The notes beneath the pieces were generated by a model. It worked only from the letters and a program-made list of their open reading frames with translations. It had not been told where the DNA came from and searched no databases. DNA of 64,000 nucleotides from Octopus sinensis (lineage: Eukaryota). The stretch covers positions 52,142,001-52,206,000 of the forward strand of contig NC_042998.1 of assembly GCF_006345805.1 (NCBI RefSeq), in the 5' to 3' direction. Shown here piece after piece: positions 63,005 through 64,000 of the stretch (positions are counted from its first letter, which is position 1; each line of letters starts with the position of its first letter). Both the position numbers and the translations under genes were made by a program.

Positions 63005-63311
63005 GGTTATTAGACTGCAGCTATGCTGGGGCACTGCCTTGATACACTAAGCCTGGTATTTATTGTATCAATCTCTTTTGCTGAACCACTAAGTTACAGG
63101 TACATAAATGCACTAACACCGGTTGTCAAGCATACACATACGCACACATAAATATATGATGGGCTGCTTTCAGTTTCTGTATACCAAATCCACTCACAAG
63201 ATTTTGGTTGGTCCGAGGTTATAGTAGAAGACGCTTGCTAAAGGTGCTGCACAGTGGGACTGAACCTGGAACCATGTGGTTGTGAAGCAAACTTCTTACC
63301 ACACAGCCATG

Positions 63312-63312
<1 letters not shown>
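63005..63312 (-). mobile_element. SINE family A
   Basis: Reverse-complement match to family A. Confidence 0.75.
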
Positions 63313-63352
<40 letters not shown>

Positions 63353-64000
63353 TTTGCAAATTAAACACCTGTTCATTTGAAGTTAAATAACTTTCAACTA
63401 GTGTAAAGACACTAAAAATATATCTTGTGAAGTTTGCTTAAGATACCGTGTAATTAATTTTTGCAACATTCATTCTCTTAATCATATTGAGAAGTAACAC
63501 CTTCTACTTTTTGAGCTATAATTTCCTCCAACATAACTTCCTGACACTCTTGAGTAAGACTATGAAAGTGGTGGATACACATACAACTGGTCAATATGAG
63601 AGTCTCTCTCATAGTAACTACCACAGTATAGTTTGTTCTAACAGAACATTCACAATTAAGTGGGAAGATAAATATTACCTCTCAGTATTAGTACTGTCTC
63701 TGTTGCTAACATATATTTTTTCACACAACTTCATTCATATTATAATCCAGTTAATTAGACTGCAGCTCATTAATCTTCTGTCTACCAATGGGTCCAATGG
63801 ACCCATTTCAGTTTCTTTCAGTTACTTTTTCCTGATTCTGCTGATTTCTCGTGACTCTATTTTTTCTTGACTCTTTTATTTGTCTAATGAGAAATTTTCC
63901 ATATGTTTATAAAAATTTTCCATATGTTTATACATTATTTACTGTATGGGTTCATTGAACCCTTGAATTAAATTCTAACATTACTCTTGTCATTCTAAAC

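Overview
AT-rich, microsatellite-dense animal genomic DNA. The repeat families (tRNA-derived SINEs, RTE 3' ends with (GAT)n tails, Dong/R4 in (AAT)n) are most consistent with an octopus genome; this is inference, not checked by a search. No complete protein-coding gene is present, and nearly all listed ORFs are microsatellite or SINE translation artefacts. Recognisable content: about four SINE families in dozens of copies, RTE and L1/Tx1 LINE relics, several Dong/R4 restriction-endonuclease LINE fragments in (AAT)n tracts (one with a 304-codon open C-terminal frame), a full-length decayed Tc1 element, a mariner deletion derivative, a non-autonomous Helitron, piggyBac- and hAT-type MITEs, a 1.35 kb inverted duplication, and a few tentative minus-strand exons of an unidentified gene. 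The most interesting signal is a set of ORF-less foldback (inverted-arm) elements next to (TA)n tracts, clustered at 3.5-6.0 kb and 55.5-60.2 kb. Several carry minimal type I hammerhead ribozyme folds typical of Penelope-like retroelements: an intact-core pair in 260-bp inverted arms, a palindromic-stem-III variant, a decayed pair, and a candidate G3-C8 covariant core. All folds were made by eye and are untested. Boundaries of old repeats are approximate.
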